Below, piece by piece: positions 25,207 to 37,894 of a stretch of 64,000 nt of DNA; the stretch's first letter is position 1; each line of letters opens with the position of its first letter. The stretch is from Octopus bimaculoides. Its lineage: Eukaryota. The notes beneath the pieces were generated by a model. That model worked only from the letters and a program-made list of their open reading frames with translations. It was not told where the DNA came from and did not search any database. The stretch is taken from contig NC_068983.1 in NCBI RefSeq assembly GCF_001194135.2, positions 78,489,043-78,553,042 on the forward strand, given 5' to 3'. A program made the position numbers and the translations under genes.

Positions 25207-26189
25207 TGTGTATATGCGTGTTTGCTTCTGCAAATATACTATTAATAAAAATATATTTATGACTTAAATTTTACAATTATTTTCCATTTAACAATCATAA
25301 AAATTATGAGGCAAATTATATGTTTGGTACTTACTGATGATCTTGAACATATTTAGATTTTTTTTATCTAGTATTTTAGAAGCTATTCGATAAAGATTGT
25401 TTATATCATGTTGATTTATTGGCTGTCAATTATATTTTACTTATGTGCGTGTGTGTGTGTGTCTAACAATTTCATAACCTTGAGATGTATAGTTTTTACG
25501 ATCATTAAATGTGAAATTATTTAAAAACCTATATAATAAATATACTTCTATCTAGAGTTTAGTATTTAGTAAAAATGTATAAACTAGTAGATTTTAATTT
25601 GTATGCAGCATTTTTCATGAGTCAAAGCAGAATTGAACTCTGTCCATGCTCTTCTAAGAATATTTCAGCAGTATCACGGACAGCAAATAACTATGTATGC
25701 TACAAGAGAACTTCTACATAGTTAATTAATCTGCTAGAAGTAGCAACCACATTTTACTCGAATTTCCTTTTACATTAAACCATATCATCTTTTATTTTAA
25801 GAACACTTCTAAATATGTTATGTCTGGAATAAAACATGAGATTAAATAAAATATAGGCTTAAATGCTTTGGATTATACTTAGTTTTCTACAACTGGAAGT
25901 TGGTGGCACGAATGTCATCAAGCTGTAGAAAGCTGTGCCTCAATATACACAAGCTTAAAACATGCAAGCATGGAAAAGTAGAAGTTACAACGACAATGAT
26001 GATGGTGGTGGTGGTGGTGGAATTTAGAAAAATATTATCTTTATAGTCTTCTAAATAGTTGGTTTTATTGTTTATCTCCAAATCAGCTCCATCTGTGGTG
26101 GTCTATAATCCAAGGTATTTAAACCTATTTAATCCCATGTTTTATTCCAGGAATAACATATTTGGAGGTTTATTATCCAATGTGTTCTT

Positions 26190-26222
<33 letters not shown>

Positions 26223-27300
26223 TACTAACTCCAAAATTCAGAGTTCAATTCCAGGCAGTGACCTGAATAATGATAATAATAATAATAATTATTATTATTA
26301 TTATTATTCAGGGACCTTTTGAGCGGGATGGGCTACCCGACCTGAAGAAAATTCTAACTGGGCCCCACCTACGAGGTCATGCATTGTTTATCTTGATATG
26401 AGATCACCATGTTGCGCACATATGGTTGTGATGCATGTGCCTGGTGTACCCTTGTTAGATGGGTAGTCATGATGGATATACTGGGCTTCGTATATTTTAC
26501 CCCAGTGTCACTTTGATGGTATGCACTGCTCTTTCACTCAATAATAATAATAACAACATAGAAAAATACCTTAGGAATGAGAACCCAGGTTCGAAATGTA
26601 AATAGTGTAAATAATGTACAAATGGCATTAAAGTGTATACTGCAGGCTTTACATGTACCACCAGCTCTAGTGAGTCCCCATACAGCTTGCAAAACTGTGA
26701 ACCTCAAGTGTGGAGGAAGAAGTTTCTGCTTGCAGAATTAGGAGTAGAGAAGGATAAAGTATGAGGAAAAAACCCCATAACAAGCAGGTCTCTTGCTGAG
26801 CGAGATACCACAAGAAGAGAGAGTAAGGATGAAAGTGAAAATTTGTGACGATGTATCGTAGTGAAGCTTCAGGTTACAAGGTGGTTTGCAATGAGTAGGG
26901 TAGGAGTGCCAGAATGTAGTGGGATGGGTATGGGATGTCTAGTACAGGATGAAAGAACAGAGATAATGGTAGAGTAAATATGATGTGCAGTAGGGTATGT
27001 TGCAGGATCAGATGAGGAAGAGAGGCAAGTGCAGTGTGTGAGGAGGGTGGGTTAGGAAGGATAAGTTGGTAGCAGAAAAAAGAGGTGGGAATGATTAGTG
27101 AAAGTATGGGTAGCAATCAGGTTTAATGGATGAACACTGGATAATAAATAAAGTGGTTCTGGTTAGTAAGAGAAGTGATATCAAACAGGAACTGCAACTG
27201 GGAAGTCATGAGTGGTGGGTGTCTTGACAATGAGAAACTGCACCAATTTGTCACACAATGTGAACTTGAAGGTAACTCAATGGAACCACCGCCTATGCAT

Positions 27301-27356
<56 letters not shown>

Positions 27357-29424
27357 TTGAGCAGGTCTTCACAATAATGTTATTGAAATTGAATCTGTTG
27401 ACCTTGGCCAACTGTGTAATTATATAAGTAAGCCTATAACTGTATAACTGATTGTTTACGGTCAGTGTAATTACTGTAGCCAACCTATCTTTATAAATGA
27501 TATGCTGATTTAAGATTTAGGATTACATTTATGAGCTGCTTATTTTGAAGACAATGAATAAATTGTTTAAGAACATTTAGATGTTATATTGAGCAGGTGG
27601 AGCAATTATATAAAACTTCCATATTATTTATGTTGAGTTTTAGTTAATTAATTCAAATTTGTTGATTGCAAGTTCTTGAAATATTTTGTGCAATACTATC
27701 GTCATTGCTGTATCTGTTAAGTAGGGCTACTGTCTTCAAGTAGATTTACAGGAGAACCTATTAGATAATGAAAGCATTGGACAATTAGATTTCTAGTTGT
27801 AAACATCCTGTCCTAATTGCATGGAATACCTTCAGAAGGTTTAAGACATTAGAGTGGGATTCCCATCTTCAAGGTAGTTTGGTATTTTTGTGCTTCATTT
27901 ATAATATTTGTATATGGGCAAAATTTGTGTATGAACACTGCACAAAATTCCTTGCAGTTTTTCTTCTAGCTCTTTATGTTCTGAGTTCAGATCCAACCAA
28001 TGTCAGCTTTGCATTTCATCCTTCCAGGGTCTATAACATAAGATATCAGTCAAGCACAGAGGTCAATTTATTATTGGTTATAACTTTATGCAATCCAAGT
28101 TAAAATCTCGATTTTGCATTTGCTTTGCACCTTTCTGGCATTGATGAAATATATGCAAGTGAAATACAGGAGTTGATATAATCAACACTAGGTTCAAATA
28201 TAAAAAAAAAAGTCTCATGTCTATATAAGAAATATCATTATTTGTATTACTAAAAAGACTTTTAGATTAACTGAGTTGATCGAGCAGGCCTCACACAGTA
28301 TATAGTTAAACCTCAGAATAATCTATGTTAAAATCCTGCCATAGTTTACTTTGCCTTCCATCATTATGGCATTTATAAACTACCTGAATACATACTGAAG
28401 TTGATATAACTGATTTGTGCCACTGTTATGTTATAAGTTCCACTTTTCTTTTTCAGGCTCTAATTTTATTAAATATCATCTTTATATTTTCTCTTTCCAA
28501 AGTGAATAAAATAAATTATCAGGTATACTCTGGTGTTAAATATATCACCTACAACCTTCTCACTTCTTTTAAAAGTGCAAGAAATCAATATCTGGACTTG
28601 GTGGAACAAATACCACAAGGTATTTTGTTTTACACTCCTACAATTATATTATGAACATAAATAGATTTGATAGAATAGGTAACAATAATTGGATATCATG
28701 CTAGTGACTAGTGAACACATATGAATACATGTGCACATACACATATATATTTATTCATTTATTCATGCATGTATATCAGTGTGTAAAAACAGTTATATAA
28801 TAACACAAAATCTTGCATTTATAGCTACTATTTGTGCATTACCTTAGATGGAAATATATGATAAATATTCCTCAATTATTTATTATTACATAAAACTTTC
28901 TCAAACTTGTCCCACTCTCAAACATCAAAGCTATGTCTGCCTCTTACCTGAAGACAGAAACTTGAACAAATGGTTGGACAGTTAAAGAAAGTCTATGTTC
29001 TTTTGAAATTTGAAAAAAAAGATGTAGTTTAATATTATCAGTTTCAAGGAGAGAACTTGTGCTATAGGTGTCTACATTTCTTTCTTTGATCTCCAACACT
29101 TCAAATATGAGATTTGTGAATAGTTTATAGCTCAAAGATTCATTTAACCAAAACCAACTCTTGAAATAAATTAAGTTACTACATATTTGTGTTATCTATA
29201 AAATCAAATGAAAGTGTGTCAATGATTGGTGAACTGAAAACAAAGATCCAAATTCAGAGAATTTACTCTCATACTTCTCAAAGAATTCAGTTAAAATATA
29301 ACTCCACTGATATTATAGCACTAAAAGTCTTCATGAGATTATATTTACATCTATTTTCAAGAACTTTGGTGAAGATGCTTATGAATTTCATAAAACATTA
29401 ATACTCTGAGATACAAATGGAAAC

Positions 29425-29515
29425 TTCCTCCTCATATTGGACAAAGTAGCTCCTTTTCATGCACAACATATTGGGCAAATTCGCTTGATGGAACCCATCA
29501 AATTTAAAGCTACAT
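29425..29515 (-). CDS. Candidate exon (CSFKFDGFHQANLPNMLCMKRSYFVQYEEE)
   Basis: Acceptor TTGAACTTCTTTTATAG; the phase-2 start fits the phase-2 end of the 42542-42594 candidate. The donor is weak (GTTTCC, or GTATCT 10 nt further). Confidence 0.4.
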
Positions 29516-30454
29516 CTATAAAAGAAGTTCAATACAGAAAACTCACCAAAATCTCCAGTGCTTACAACAATAAACTATACAATGACCAGGGTAGATTTAG
29601 CCCTTGTGAGATTCAGGGTACTTCAGTTTTTGTGGGCCGCTTTTACACAAAAATTAAAATTCACAGTAAACCACCAAATGTATGCATCAAATTTCATTTA
29701 TTGCATGTAACTATTTAGACATGGCCTGGACCAATCTTTGGTTGAAATATATCTAAGTTATCTAACTGGAATTGACAAATTATTCAGACAATGGTTAAAT
29801 GCAAAAATAAATAAAAACACTTAAGAACTAACCAGTTTAGCATAAATGTTAGATGGAAATATACATAGATATTTTATTTACATATTAATGGTAAATGCTA
29901 AAACTGACAAGTAGAGGACAAAGGTGCTGGAGAGTTTTTGACAAAATCTTAGACCAAAGTGTATCAAATCATGTAAACCATAATAGAACATTTTCTTAAA
30001 TTTATCAAAGAGGTTGTGGGGTAAAAAGTTTGCTTCCAAACCGCATAGTTCTGGTTTCAGTCTCACTGCATGGCAACTTGAGCAAGTGTCTTCTACAGCA
30101 GCTACCAGTGTAATCTCGAAACAAAATTTACAAGAAAAATAATTTATTAAAATTAATTTACAAAGGTGTCATTAATTCTATTATCATCCAGTGTAACTAT
30201 TTTAAGAATGATAATAACAGAATCAATGACACAGGTGACAGCAGGCCAAAAATAGCATTAAATAGCCAAGGGATTAAAATTAATCAAAGGACATACTAAG
30301 TATGTCTACCTGCTTGAAATAACAGTCAAAACTCGTTATTAAATCACCAAAAATACACTCATGATAACTACAGAAGTCAAACAAAGACAAACTTATAATT
30401 AAAACTTCAGCTAGTTATTAAGAAAACCAACTGACTCAACCTTACACACATGTG

Positions 30455-31688
30455 TCAGGCTGAGTAAAAAGTAAGCAACGTTTTAGAACATGTAATTCAT
30501 CACAATATATTTCAACAATGGGGAAATTTTGTTCCTCAAAGTAAGTACCATTACAATCAACACATTTTTGCCAGGAGCTGATGAACTCTTTGAACACACT
30601 TTCAGCATCAGTTTGATTTTTGAACTCTTACTCTCACAGGAAACCATCAAGGTGCTTGAAAAAGTATTAGTTGGAAGGAGAAAGGTCTGGGGAATAAGCT
30701 GGGTAAAGAAGAACTTTGTAACCAAGTTCCCTCAACTTCTGGAGCATCATTAGTGAAACATGTAGTCAAGCATTGTCATGAAGAATGATTGGCCCTCTTC
30801 TGTTGACCAGTCTGGGACAGAGGAGAAGCAATTTTTCATTCATTTTGGCAATTTCATGGCAATGTTTGTGCAGGTTTTTCCAGGTTTTAAGAAGTTATAG
30901 TGGATGAGTCCAGCAGTACACCACCAAACAGTCACCATAACCTTCTTTTTGAAGAGCTCAGGTTTAGGGAAGGTTTTTGGTGCTTTATTTTAATCCAACC
31001 ACCATGAAGAACGTTTTTATTATTGTACAGAATCCACTTTTCATTGCAAGTTATAATACAATCGAGAAATGGATTGGTCAGGTTATGGACAAGTGACGAG
31101 CAAAATTCATATATGCACATTTTCTGATTTTCTTTTAAATCATGTGGTACCCATTTGCTAAGTTTTTTTGATTTTCCAATTACATGCAAATGGTTGCAGG
31201 CAATTTTCTGGCCACCTTGAAGTTCTTTTTCCAGTTCTCAAGAGGTTTTACATGGATCTTCCTCAATGACGGTCTTTAATTGACTGTCATCGATGACAGA
31301 TGAGTGACCACTATGCTCATGATCTTCAAGACTCAGGTCTCTACTGCAAAATCATTTAAACCATTTTCGAGCTGACCACTCACTGGTCATTTCCTCACCG
31401 AATGTTTTGATGATATCACAAGTAGTTTCAGCTGCTTTATGTCCTTTTTTGAAGTTAAATAACAAAATTGCTTGAATATCATGCTTTGACAGTTCCATTT
31501 CAGATGACTGTAACAAAGGTGATTAAAATATCAATGTTAATTCATTGCTGCTGATGTGTTTGAGCAAATCTATGTCTGTATTATCAGACAATTGCAAAGT
31601 AATGTTTAAAAGGAATTCAAAACTCTGCGAAAATCCGGTACACGTTCTTCATGGTTCAAAATGTTACTTACTTTTTACTCAACCTAAT
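30455..31688 (-). mobile_element. Mariner DNA transposon, decayed, both TIRs present
   Basis: Left TCAGGCTGAGTAAAAAGTAAGCAACGTTTTAGAACATG and right CATGGTTCAAAATGTTACTTACTTTTTACTCAACCTAA+TA are inverted. Transposase remnants KWVPHDL and IITCNEKWILYNN. Confidence 0.9.
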
Positions 31689-33021
31689 ATAAATATTTGT
31701 GATGGAATTGTTTGTAGTCTAGAGATCTACTCGTTTCTGTATTCTTTCATTAAATCATATTTTCTACTTGTAATACTCTGTATTTCTGTAAGTTACTAGA
31801 TTACTGAAATCATTGTCACACATTAAAAATTTTCCTATAGAACCACTTAGTTAATGTAGCACAATAATGCAAAATCTCATTGGTTGTCACAGATTTTTTA
31901 ACCACCTGAGCAAGACACATAATACTGTTCTTCTGTTTAGTTGTTGATTTAGCTCTAAGCTAACACTGTTCAAGGAGACCTGTAATCAAAGATATTCCAG
32001 CTGTAAACCTGCCCCATTTTAAGGATTAACTGAATCATTATAATATCTGATAAAATGCCATATACATAGTATTTCTTTTTGCTCTTTACATTCTGAGTTC
32101 AAATTCCACTGCAATTCACTTTGCCTTTCATCTTTCTGGGGTTTATAAAATGCTCTACTACACAAGTACTGGGTTTGAATGAATTAACTACTTTCCTCCA
32201 ACAAATATAAGCCCTTGTGCCTATGTTAAAAACAATTATTATTACATTACCCAATATGGATCTTTTTTTCCCCCTAAAGACTGTATATTATAAGTTGAGA
32301 GAGATTCAATAGATATTTCTTCACTCATTTTATCTGCTTGACTGACAGAAAGATTCTATTCCTAATTCATGGTTAAGTGGTCATCAACAGGAAGAGTATC
32401 CAACCGTAAAAATAATTGCTTGAATGAATAGATACATCTTACCTATGCAAGCATGGAAGAGTGAATACAGAAGGGAATGAAACAGGGAAAAAAAAAAGGC
32501 ATGTTTCAATATGACCTTCTCTTTGTTTACTTAGTTGAATACTATAAATTCTTGTTCCTCATTCTTATTCATGACATGCATTACTTTGAGCAGATATTTT
32601 ACAGTTGAATATTTCCCTTAGATATTCAAACGTATGATTTAGTGTGGTATGCACACCCTACAGGGAGAAATGAAGCCAGTTTGTGTAATGTACCAAGATT
32701 TGAAGGTGAAGGCAACTATAGCTACCTCAGATCTATCATTAAAAAACATTAATAAACAAGTTCTCTTAACATTTACTAAAGAATATTGACAAATATATAT
32801 AACTCCCCAAATCAGGAGTCTTCTGTTTATTAATAAAATTTATTTATATATCCTTGTAGCTATGTTTCCCTCTTACTGTCTCTCAATCTCTTTCTTGAAG
32901 ATGGCTTGACAGGCTGAAGTTTCAATGTCATTATTCTTGTCAAAGAATAGTAAATTTGTACACTAAAAATCTATGAAGTAACTCTTAAGATTAATTTAAA
33001 ATTATTTATTATAACTGAACA

Positions 33022-33070
<49 letters not shown>

Positions 33071-33549
33071 TCATTTAACGTCTGTTTCCATGCTAGCATG
33101 GGTTGGATGATTTGACTGATACTGAGGCGTTAGGATATATATATACAATATTAAGGATTCAGGAGAGAATCAGATACTTAAATGGTAGGCATGAGGTTGG
33201 GTTGAATTAAATTGTAAACACCACCTTTAGTTGAATAATTGTACTACTAGGTAATGAAATATTCAGGTTATGCATACAGAGAATTTGACCCTTACTAGCA
33301 TTTAATGCCTAGGAGCTGGTCCAAAGCACATGTTGTATTGGTCACACAGCGCTTGATATACTCCAGGATGTGTGATGGGTCAGGAATCCCTTTGGTGTAA
33401 ATGGATTATTCTCCTGTTGTTTGAAATTCTATGTATCATCTAAGGAAAATGGTTCTTTGCTATGATGTAATGTAATCATTCATCTATTAAAAATGCATTA
33501 GAAACAGCTGTAATGAACTGACATTCATCGTTTGTTATTTATTTATTTG

Positions 33550-33624
<75 letters not shown>

Positions 33625-33625
<1 letters not shown>

Positions 33626-33830
33626 AAGGTGGTAAGCTGGCAGAATCATTACCACACTAAACAAATTGCTTTGTAACTTTTCTTCCAGCTTTATTTTCTG
33701 AGTTCAAATGCCACTGAGATTGACTTTGCCATTCGTCCCTTTGGGTCAATAAAATAAGTACCAGTAGATACTGGGGTCGTAATGATTGACTTTTCCTCTC
33801 CTCAATTTACTGGCCTTTTTACAAAATTTG
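33625..33830 (+). mobile_element. SINE family B
   Basis: GGTGGTAAGCTGGCAGAA..GAGTTCAAAT..GACTTTGCC.TTC.TCCCTT.GGGTCAATAAAATAAGTACCAG. Confidence 0.8.
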
Positions 33831-34244
33831 TAATCACACACACACACACACATATATATATGTATAATTCCAATGAGTTAGAGGTTGTTAATCCAACCAA
33901 CTAAGGGATAATATCTATCCAATATACTGCTGGTAGAAAACCCAATTATTAATACACAAGTGTTTTTTTTTAAATTGCATGGCAATTACACTACTGAATG
34001 TAATAAATGGGTGAGGGTAAAAAAGTTTTTACCTTTAATTTATACACCAATAAGAAAATGGAGGGGATCAAGAGGTGGTATTTATCGACTTTTAGACATT
34101 ATATTATGTCTATTTATTTATTTTAAAAAATGCATTATAAAAATGTATATACATGTATTGAATATTATGCTTTACATATATAATATATAAAAGATACCAC
34201 TAATTATTAAAATATATAATGTAGATCATAAAAGATAGGATAAT

Positions 34245-34370
34245 ATCTTACAGTTGTTTCAGCCAAGAGGCCAAAGTACCCCAATCTACTTATATCTCTT
34301 CAGTGAACTGAAGTATTTGGTAGATAAGATTTAGGTACTTGGGTGTGCCTCTGGGCTTCGTCAGAAAGTT
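34245..34370 (-). ncRNA. Putative type-I hammerhead ribozyme with extended stem II (retroelement-associated)
   Basis: Minus strand: CTGACGA-AGCCCAGAGGC..AAGTACC..CTTCAG-TTCA-CTGAAG..GGTACTT..GCCTCTTGGCT-GAAAC-AACT-GTA|AGA. Both core boxes are exact and stem II pairs over most of its length; stem I is only ~3 bp. Confidence 0.6.
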
Positions 34371-34680
34371 TAGAAAGTTCATAAGGTTAAGTTATAAATA
34401 CAAATACATACACATATACACACTTATACATAAACATACATAAACACAAGTACATATATTTGTATATTCATATGCATATGTACATGCATACCAAGGAATC
34501 CGTTATTATTATTATTAGGTGTATTATATTATTCTTATTAGATAAAATATAATCAGAGGAAGGTGACAGTTATCAAAAGAGAAATAATAGTGGCATATAA
34601 AAACAATAAATCCTAAGATTATTGTAGTTATGTAGGAATGAAAAGGTTTATATATGAGGAATACATAAATATATATACTT

Positions 34681-35083
34681 ATACATACACATATATACAT
34701 ACATACATATATATTTACGTACAAACATACTCATAGGTACATATATATTACATGTGTTGAGAATGGAGGATTTTTCAATAGTTTGTATTTTTCTTTTTAT
34801 ATACTTATGATTATTTTACACAAACATGTATATATTCATATAAACATTCGATATGTTTTCTATTGAGGGTTTTAGTGGACTTTTGTCTAAAACCCTCAAT
34901 AGCAAACATATCGAATGTTTATATGAATATATACATGTTTGTGTATAATTATTATAAGTATACAAAAAGAAAAATACGAATTATTGAATATCCTCCATTC
35001 TCAACACATGTAATATGTATGTACCTATGGGTATGTTTTTACATAAATATATACGTATGTATGTATATATGTGTATGTATGTA
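34681..35083. repeat. Long fold-back palindrome, ~200-bp arms, centre ~34882
   Basis: e.g. CATGTGTTGAGAATGGAGGAT / ATCCTCCATTCTCAACACATG and CTATTGAGGGTTTTAG / CTAAAACCCTCAATAG; few mismatches. Confidence 0.92.
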
Positions 35084-35104
35084 TATGTACAATAATTTTA
35101 GTTT

Positions 35105-35400
35105 AAACTGAAAGATTACTATGTGTGGAGTAAGGTTGAGAAAGACACCAACACCAAGGCCAAGATGGCGGCCAAGATGAAACTGTTGGATGATATCAGG
35201 AACACAATGAGGAACACGTGCAGCAGGTTCTGGAGCTGTCTTGAAATCATGGTGGATGGTGAGGCTGGCTACTTTGAGTAAACTGTTATATATCAGCTAT
35301 AATCTACTTAATATTTTTTTAAAATATTGTTTTTGATGGAATAATATGTTCTTTTCCATTTTTGCTAACTGGACAACAACAGGAAGGAGGGAAAATATGT
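35105..35400 (+). mobile_element. Tc1/mariner-superfamily transposase C-terminal fragment
   Basis: DYYVWSKVEKDTN..KAKMAAK..NTCSRF.SCLEIMVDGEAGYFE* matches the typical Tc1-like C-terminus. Confidence 0.7.
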
Positions 35401-35934
35401 GCAGGCTTAACTGATCAACTAGTTTAACATTACCAACTAGTTCTTGGGTATTTATAATAAAGTTTAAGTCAGGTTTTCAGTCTGAAGATAACTTTTTCCT
35501 TTTCTCTCACTAGCTTTGTATGTCCTGAAAAATTAAAATATTATGAGTATTGCTCTTCCCTCCCAAACTACACAGTAACAAAAACAATGGAAATAAATCT
35601 CTTGAATTTTGCCAATCCACTGCCCCACCCCTATTTTTCAGATTTTAATTAGGATGCTATTCACAAGCATTTAAATATTCCAAAACCTATTTCAAAATAG
35701 ATTATAGGTATAACATGTTTCTGTTCTAAAATTGCTTCTTTTACAAGCGTTTATTTATGGATAAGCAACATTCTAATGATGTTATTCTGTAATATGAAAC
35801 TTATATATCAATCAGAGTCAAGATCATGAATATTCCAACTGTGACCATCCTGTCTTTATAAAGTTATTGAGGACTGCATTAACCAATATGTTCTGGAGTT
35901 TGTTTTGTTTTCTTTTATCTTAGACAGGGTGTAA

Positions 35935-36150
35935 TAAGGTGGCGAGCTGGCAGAAATGTTACCACGCAGGGCAAACTGCTTAGCTGTATTCTGTCTGTCT
36001 TTACATTCTGAGTTCAAATTCTGCCAAAGTCATCCTTGCCTTTCATCCTTTCAGGGTCGATAAATTAAGTACCAGTTCTGTACTGGGGTCCATCTAATCG
36101 CCTGGCCCCTCCCCAGAACTTTTGGGCCTTGTGCCAAGAGTAGAAAAGAA
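35935..36150 (+). mobile_element. SINE family B
   Basis: GGTGGCGAGCTGGCAGAAATG..GAGTTCAAATTCTGCC..GCCTTTCATCCTTTCAGGGTCGATAAATTAAGTACCAG. Confidence 0.88.
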
Positions 36151-37189
36151 GATAGGGTGTAATATAAGGGAGAATCACCTATATCTGTCAGGTTAAATGG
36201 TCACAAGTAAATTCCTTTCTTTGGTTATGGAGACTTTTCCAAATTGTTTGGCATCTAACATTTTATGAGAAATAAAAGCACTAAAAGAGTATAATAAAAA
36301 AAATATTCTGTCAGCTTCTAGCTACTTTCTTGTTTTATTCTTTTATCAATATATATGTTTCAGCATGTGGCATACAATAAAATGATTACTGAGCATCAGG
36401 GTTTGAGAAGTAGATCTAAAAGGTGACTCAAACATTGTGTTGGGGATTGCTATCCTGTAACTACTGGCTTTGATTTGAGGCCAATTGATTTTAATATTTC
36501 TATGTACTAAACAGTGGGGTTGCAGAATTGTTATCATGCTGGCATTTCATTTGTCTCAATGTGTTGAGACAGGTGTTGCCTTTCATCCTTTTGGGGTCGA
36601 TAAAATAAGTACAATAAAATAAGCACACTGGGGTTAATGTAATGGACTTACTCTCTACCTCAAAATTGCTGACCTCATAACTAAATCTGAAATCAATATT
36701 TCTTATTTCTTTACTGTCCACAAGGGGATACACACAGAGGGGACAAACAAGGACAGACAAACGAAATCAATGTTTCTATGTACTGGTAATATATTTCTAT
36801 GTATTGAACCATTATGGATTTGAGGTAAGCCATAGAAGTTACTATCCCTAATTTTGAAATTGCATAAATAGTTGATTTTTTTTAACTATGAAGGAGTCTG
36901 AGTAATGGTTAATTAATGCTGTGATTTTGTTTATAATAGTTTTCACTGAATTTTTTGTTTCTGCCTTATAGAAGTTTTCAGCCATTAGTTATTCTAATAT
37001 TTTATCTTTATAACAGTTTCTATCCATAACTGCTACCCAACCCTTGTCAGCTTCTTTAAGCATAATTGTGCAGTCATTCTTCAGTATTATGACAATTTTG
37101 TTTCTATTTGTAAAGGCTGAGGGGGAATTTATATCATATCAATATATCTATCTATATGTTTGTTACTCTCTCTCTCTCTCTCTAAGGAA

Positions 37190-37780
37190 TGAATCTGAAT
37201 TTATTTCTGACAGTTCAATTATCATATTCATTCCTATAGCCAAAAAGTTCTGTAAGATGGTGGCAGCAATTACAATTTTCAATGTCTTCTTTTAGTTCAA
37301 CAAGTTTTAAAGTAGGTGCAGAAGTGTGAAACCTCTCAGAAGGAGATCATTTTAATTTTTGTTGAGGATAAACTTGGTAAATTTGTGATATCAGGGTCTG
37401 TATGTTCTGTGGATTTATTTACGCTCTTTGTTTTACCAGGTCTGAGACCCAGTAGTAGCATGTTTTCCTTACAAAAACCCAAATGCATTTTACTCTGTGT
37501 TCTAATGATTCTGTCAGCTCACTGCCTTGGGGATTTGTAATATTGTCTCTTGTTTCTGAGTATTTTGTTGCTTTTTGCATGTAGGGATATACTCCATGTT
37601 CTATATTTGTATCAAGCTTCGTGTATTGTCTGTCCCTTCATTGTCCTTTTTTAATGCATGTTAGTCTATCCAGGGATGGACTTTTGAATGGCACTCCCAC
37701 ATAAGTTGGAATTTTTCGTTTTTATGTGGTTTTTCCCAAGCTTTTTAGCATCTCACATTTCAAAACAATAAGAGAAGTTC
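37190..37780 (-). mobile_element. Penelope-like element, decayed N-terminal region
   Basis: ITNLPSLSSTKI..SLLRG(F)..APTLKLVELKEDIENC..HLTELFG resembles the Penelope INLS..LL.KGL.F.P..EL..DI..F.R.LRL.E.F region. Confidence 0.5.
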
Positions 37781-37894
37781 AAAAAATATATATATATCTT
37801 TTTCAAACATCTTTCCTTTCCTCACCATCCCACCTTGCCTTCGTAATAGCAGCCACTAGCAGTTGAAAGAAAGGGGGGGAAAAATCAATTTGGC

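Noticed and set aside
27190-27270. Plus-strand exon candidate NCNWEVMSGGCLDNEKLHQFVTQCELE
   Set aside because: The acceptor lacks a pyrimidine tract, and the segment lies at the end of a purine-rich decayed repeat.
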